Below are positions 59,191-64,000 of a stretch of 64,000 nt of DNA, in pieces. The stretch covers positions 248,001 to 312,000 of the forward strand of contig QPGO01000092.1 of assembly GCA_008632985.1 (NCBI GenBank). Reading direction: 5' to 3'. The position numbers and the translations under genes are program-made. The notes beneath the pieces are model-generated. The model saw only the letters and a list, made by a program, of their open reading frames with translations, was not told where the DNA came from and did no database searches. Origin of the DNA: Psammoneis japonica (lineage: Eukaryota). Each line of letters begins with the position of its first letter. Position 1 is the stretch's first letter.

Positions 59191-60086
59191 TGCCCCGACG
59201 GCCATCGCTGCGGCAACGGGAGTCAGTGCGTCGAAGTGGAGAAAGAGGAGGGCACGTATACATGTGACTGTGACGCCATTGCCGACGATTCCAATGTGTT
59301 TGCGGGTCTGAGTTGCGAACACCAGGCCACGGTGTTTTGTAACGACGACAATACCATTTCGAAAAACTCGTTTTGTACCAATTTCGGAACGTGTACGAAA
59401 CTCGTGACGGATCAGCAAGCGCATTTTGCGTGCAATTGTCGAGACGAATACAAGGGCGATCATTGCGAATTTACGGCAACGGCGCAATTGCCAAATCATG
59501 CTCTCGAGAGTATTACCGGCAACAAGGGAAGCGGTGGTGGTGGTGGTGGATTGTCGGGTGGAGCCGTGGCGGTCATTGTGTTGGTAGTCGTGGGGATTGT
59601 ACTTGCGGCTGGATTGTTTTACATTCGAAAGCGTGGGCTGCGACAGTGGGATGATTCCACTTCGGACAGTCATAAGGACAGTGTCCGAGCAGCACCCGAT
59701 TTGGTGCTTGATGCGGATGGATCCGTCTTGTCGGGTGCAGTCAAGAGTGGTTCCGGTGTCAATAATCCTCATCGAATGGCAATGGCTTGCCCGAGAATGT
59801 TCCTGTGAGTGGCGACAGTCTTGTGTCTCCAACCAGTGTTTCGTCCAACATGGAAAATGGGCTTGCGTCGTCGCCACCGTCATCGTCGTCTTCTGTACCA
59901 CCACCGCCGCCGCCCCCCGTGTCTACCCCGAGCGAACACTCTACGCCTGCTACCCCTACCACGCCGCACGCTGATGCTGCCGCTGAGAGTACTAGTCCTC
60001 AGGCAGAGAATGATCAAGCGGTGTTTGTCATTGATGATGCTGAACATGACAAGGAGGATGAGCCGACGGAGCCAGAGATTGTTTAA
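59191..60086 (+). CDS. EGF-like domain single-pass membrane protein; 5' exon not located; apparent 1-bp frameshift near 59765
   Basis: C..G..C.NGS.C...Y.CDC...FAGLSCEH and FCTN.GTC...CNC...YKGDHCEF; TM AVAVIVLVVVGIVLAAGLFYI; tail continues in ORF 59787..60086 ending EPEIV*; acceptor-like ...gtccag at 59190. Confidence 0.75.
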
Positions 60087-60599
60087 AGTAGATTGTAGGT
60101 ACGATTGGGTGCGGAAAAAGAGGGCTTCAATAGTTCGTTCATGTTGTAGAGCCCGAGCCATTCGCTCGTCCATGTCTTTGCTTCCTCAACTTAAATTATT
60201 TAGAATTTTTCAACAACTTGTTTGCAGACTTGCATTGGGGTGATTTTTGTTTGGGATACCGAGTGCGAGGCATCTTTATACGGTTCGTGTAGTCACTGCA
60301 ACCCGGATCTCTCTCTAGGCTAGAAATCTAGCTACCACAAAAGGGAGAGAGCATCGCAACTTCCAAACTCAAAGGAAAACAGGTGTAAGATTGCAATCTG
60401 TCAAGTCACATGTAGCGCCATCGTGCACACAAGCAAGTCAAACGAAAAAAAAAACTCATTCGCTCGAACAAACCAGGCCAACGGCAGTTTACTGCCGCGC
60501 TCCCTGCTGGTGTGTGTGTTTCGCCAGCAGACAAGTTGACGGGTGCTGCGCTGGGATCACCACAGTCAGCAGCAACTGCTGTTAATGTTACAGATTATA

Positions 60600-63500
60600 C
60601 CTGGTAAACTGTCTGGAAGCCAAACAAAAAAATGACTGCATCTCAGGGTGCCTGTGATCCTTGGCTGCAACAGGTGCTTTTGGTCCTCAAACTGGCAAAA
60701 AAGAAATGACTGCGTGTGCTTCACAGAAACATTTCTCTCATTTGGCCCAATCTCTGGCCACACTGAAGCTTTTGTCACACCTGTTCAAAACCACATCAGC
60801 AACCCTAGAACAATGCTGCTCATCCATCAAAATTTTGTCATGCTCTCTTTGTCTGTTGGATTGTCTCTTCCAAAATGATCTCATTTTGCATGAATGCAAA
60901 CCAATCTTCTGCCAGATCCAAATGGAAATTTGTGCCATCAAGTCAAGCTTCCAATTTCTCATTGAACACAACTGCCTTGTCACTTCTTGCACTGTCATCA
61001 TTCAAACAGTCATCTCACAAATCACATGATGTCTCATGCTGACAAAACATCTTTGAAATCAGCTGTCTGCTCTCAGCACTCTCAACCTGCAATGCACATT
61101 GGACCCAACACAGTGCAACACACTAAGACAACAATCCAATCTTCTTGGATCATCTGCTGCCCACTTGAATTGCAACCCCATGCTGTGCAAAACAGATCAT
61201 GAAAAAGCTCAAAATCTGGGTGCGCCATCAATCAGTCTTGGCAATTTTTGTCCTGTGGTGTCCTCCCAGAAGCCAGCTCTCAAGTGTTTTTTCTGCACTC
61301 CATGAGCAGTGGCAGCCATGCCTTGCAGACAAGACCACAAAATCCCAAAGATGCTGCATTTGAACTTTCTGCCTGTGAGCCCTCTTTTTGTCAAAAAAAA
61401 CCTGCTTTTTTCTCCTCTCTCTGTCTCTTGTCTCGGCAGCGCGGTGGTTTTGGTTTTCTTGCCTTGTTCCAGCACACACACAATCTGATCCTCCTCACTC
61501 TTTGAGCATGCACTGCAGTTTTGTTTTGGCCACCTGTGAGCTCTTTTGCTCCATTCATTGTCAATCTGATGTCATCTGTGAAGTCAACAAGCAACCCATC
61601 AGCTTTAGAGTGTGTGCCCATCAGACAAACCTCACCTTTGCGCAAATTTCTCTTGCACAAACAGCTCTTGTTTCACTTTGTTCAACTGCTCAAGTGCACC
61701 AAGATTTGAGCCAACACTTGCTGGGTCCCAAGCACCATTGGCAAAAACAACATCAGGCAAGTGTTGTTTTTTTTTCACTCAGCCAGAGCACACAAGACCC
61801 AAAGCACATGCAACTGTCCCAATGGCATGAAAGAGGATGAACACTTTATCTGCCTTCTGAGCGCCAAAGAGAATTTCTGGGACCAAACAGACCACACTCA
61901 CCACTCACCAGTGCTGGGACATTGTGCACATGGCTTTGATTTGGGTCAGTCAAAAATGGCCAAAAACATCCTTTCAAACCACAACATTTGGTTGCCAGCC
62001 AACAGGCACACAAGACTTCTTTCTTGTGCTTGGACATTTCCAAACAGCACAAACAACAAGCAAGAGCTTCTTTGTCTGAGTTGCACAAGCCCAAAATGGG
62101 CGCTAACCTCACACACCTTTTTTGCAATTTTTGCTGGCTTCCAATTTGCACCAACACAGCAAGCACCAAAATGAGCATTTGACTCATTGTCTGCACAGTG
62201 ACCAGAGGCTCTGAAACACTTTGGTTTGCAGCTGTTGCTGCAATGGAACAAAAACACTCTGTTTTGAGACAACACAAATGCCCCAGTGTTTTTTTGTTGA
62301 CAAGATGATCAACAACAAAGTCCCTCATGTCACCCAATGATGCACAGCATGTCATCAATGCTGTCAGTGCCACCCTGCTCTTTGCTGCAGGCACAAAAGA
62401 GTGAGCACTGTCTCTGAGCCTGGCACTGGTGCTCTGACCTCCTTTTTGCCCCAACCCCCTGTTTCCAGAGTCAGCCTCAGTTGTGCAAAAACAGCAAGCC
62501 CCGCCAACAAGAAATCCAGCACTGCTCCAACACCTTCTTTGTTGTCCCAGCCCCACATCCAGCTGTGCATGTTTCCAAGCCACTTTTTCTTTCATTTTGA
62601 TTCAGTGCTCACTTTTCCTTGACATTGTGACTGTGCCCTTCATTGCAGCCACCCTTTTGTGTGCTGGGACAATGAACACCCACAATGCCACCATCATTTT
62701 GCAACATTTGCAAGCAGCCCCACTTGTGCATCAGGTGAAAAAACAAGTGTGCCAAACTGAACACTGCACCAGTGATGAGCTGTTGATGACAGCTGTGCAC
62801 ACCAGCTGAGGTGTTGCCTCTGCCAAGCACATGTGGAGGGCCACCTTTGCCCCTGCCAAATTGCCTCCATCTGCTGCAACTGCAATCAGAGGGGTGCTGA
62901 CGCGTTCCAGACGTAGGTGGGAATCCGTGTGACATTGGGCCCGTAGACTTCTACGTGCGAGCTCCGTAGTAAAATTACACGGTAATTAAAATGTCAATGA
63001 TCGCCAACAGAAAATGAGGCAATTTTGCGAACGCACAAACTCGCACATGATTGAAGTACATCATTTTTTACTTAGCCAGTTACATTCTTCAGACATTGAA
63101 GAATGTAACTGGCGCATTATTGTTTCTATAAATTTGTTACATAAAACGTCTGGGGCTTCGCAAAACAGCGAGTCTGGACAATTTTTTTTAAATATCACAC
63201 GTAGAAATCTACGTACGAAACATACGACGGATGATAAAAATTATTGTTGTCACACGTCAGTACTACGAGCTCCCACCTAGGGCTGGAACGCGTCTGCTGC
63301 AAGCATCAGCAGTCTCTCTCTGAAATGAGTTTTGTTTTGACAAGGGACAACTCTCAAGCTGAGCACATCGTCCATGCAAGCTGAGCACCTGAAATGTGAG
63401 AAGCAAGAAGCACAAGCTCCTGAAAAGTCTCTTGAACAAGGCTGGTTGTTGGCAGCATGTGAGTGTGCATCTCAGAGGTGGTGTCTTGACCTTTTCTGTC

Positions 63501-64000
63501 TTTCAGCTCATTTCTGGTCCAGATTTTTCACAGGCTTCTTCTTGGGAGTCTCAGACAGGTGGGGCACCCTTTCAATGCTGTGAGGATGATCCATTTTCAC
63601 AATTCTCCTGAATGCTGCTGCAGCCACCTTCCACCACAACATGCAGCAACCAACTCAAGCTCACCCAGCTGTGTTGACCAAGGCGCAATGCTCTTTTTGC
63701 TTGCAACCAGCCCAGCTGCAGCTGTCCTTGTTAAGTGCCATTTTAACAGCTGAGGTGCTCAACAAGGCTCCCCATTTTTGCAAGTTATCTGGAAGCACTC
63801 TCCCACTCAATTTCTGCAAAGCAAGTTCAAGAGGAGCATGTCTTTGCACACGCGCCATGGCAGCCCTCTGGCTTGAGTTTGGTCCACCTGTTGAATGACC
63901 TGCAGTCTGCAATGCTTCCACTGTGCAACTTTTGCCACAGCCAAGCCCTCTGCTCATGATGACACTTCTCACCATGGACCACCCACCATGCCACACAAAG
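60600..64000. repeat. Heavily decayed repeat or TE block, unclassified
   Basis: TpA and CpG are both largely absent except inside the MITE; fragmented Cys/His-rich ORFs. Confidence 0.5.
62899..63294 (+). mobile_element. Young MITE (396 bp), TSD TGCT
   Basis: gacgcgttccagacgtaggtggga ... tcccacctagggctggaacgcgtc; tgct at 62895-62898 and 63295-63298; TpA- and CpG-rich. Confidence 0.93.

Noticed and set aside
60738..61001. Possible GIY-YIG-like fragment (DEQHC resembling EQYY) on the minus strand
   Set aside because: Too short and degraded; the N-terminal motif is not recognisable
1..64000. Alternative genetic code (TGY/CAY read as Tyr)
   Set aside because: Intact genes in the same window (MYST, NSUN, astacin) use TAY for conserved Tyr, and non-coding LTRs and MITEs show the same change
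1..64000. Classical RIP or CpG deamination alone as the cause of TG/CA excess
   Set aside because: RIP would raise TpA. CpG decay cannot turn Tyr codons into Cys/His, and CpGs persist in 20-32k where TpA is gone.

Overview
Eukaryotic genomic DNA, most likely a diatom (inferred from a CoDi-type Copia element, short GT-AG introns and diatom-style secreted proteins). Three islands of normal host genes alternate with blocks of decayed transposons and pseudogenes. The islands are ~4.7-6.6 kb (Cys-rich surface protein), ~32.1-37.9 kb (DUF1275, NSUN methyltransferase, 832-aa membrane protein) and ~52.4-60.6 kb (MYST acetyltransferase, astacin, acidic TM protein, EGF TM protein). The decayed blocks contain a Kolobok/Mutator-like DNA transposon, a Gypsy element, a full-length Copia inserted in an ABC-F gene, a DIRS/Ngaro element, a MITE family with 4-bp TSDs, a duplicated RBR E3 ligase and an SGNH-vWA-PKD-TSP3 pseudogene. 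The main signal is that these blocks have lost nearly all TpA dinucleotides, which were converted to TpG or CpA (A>G on either strand). This is the opposite direction to fungal RIP. It turns Tyr into Cys/His, removes TAA/TAG stops and alters GTA splice donors. Three internal controls set the direction and place the process in genomic DNA after insertion: the paired LTRs, young versus old MITE copies, and a duplication straddling both edges of a block. This suggests a region-targeted TpA hypermutation system, possibly a genome defence. All counts were made by eye and no database searches were run.
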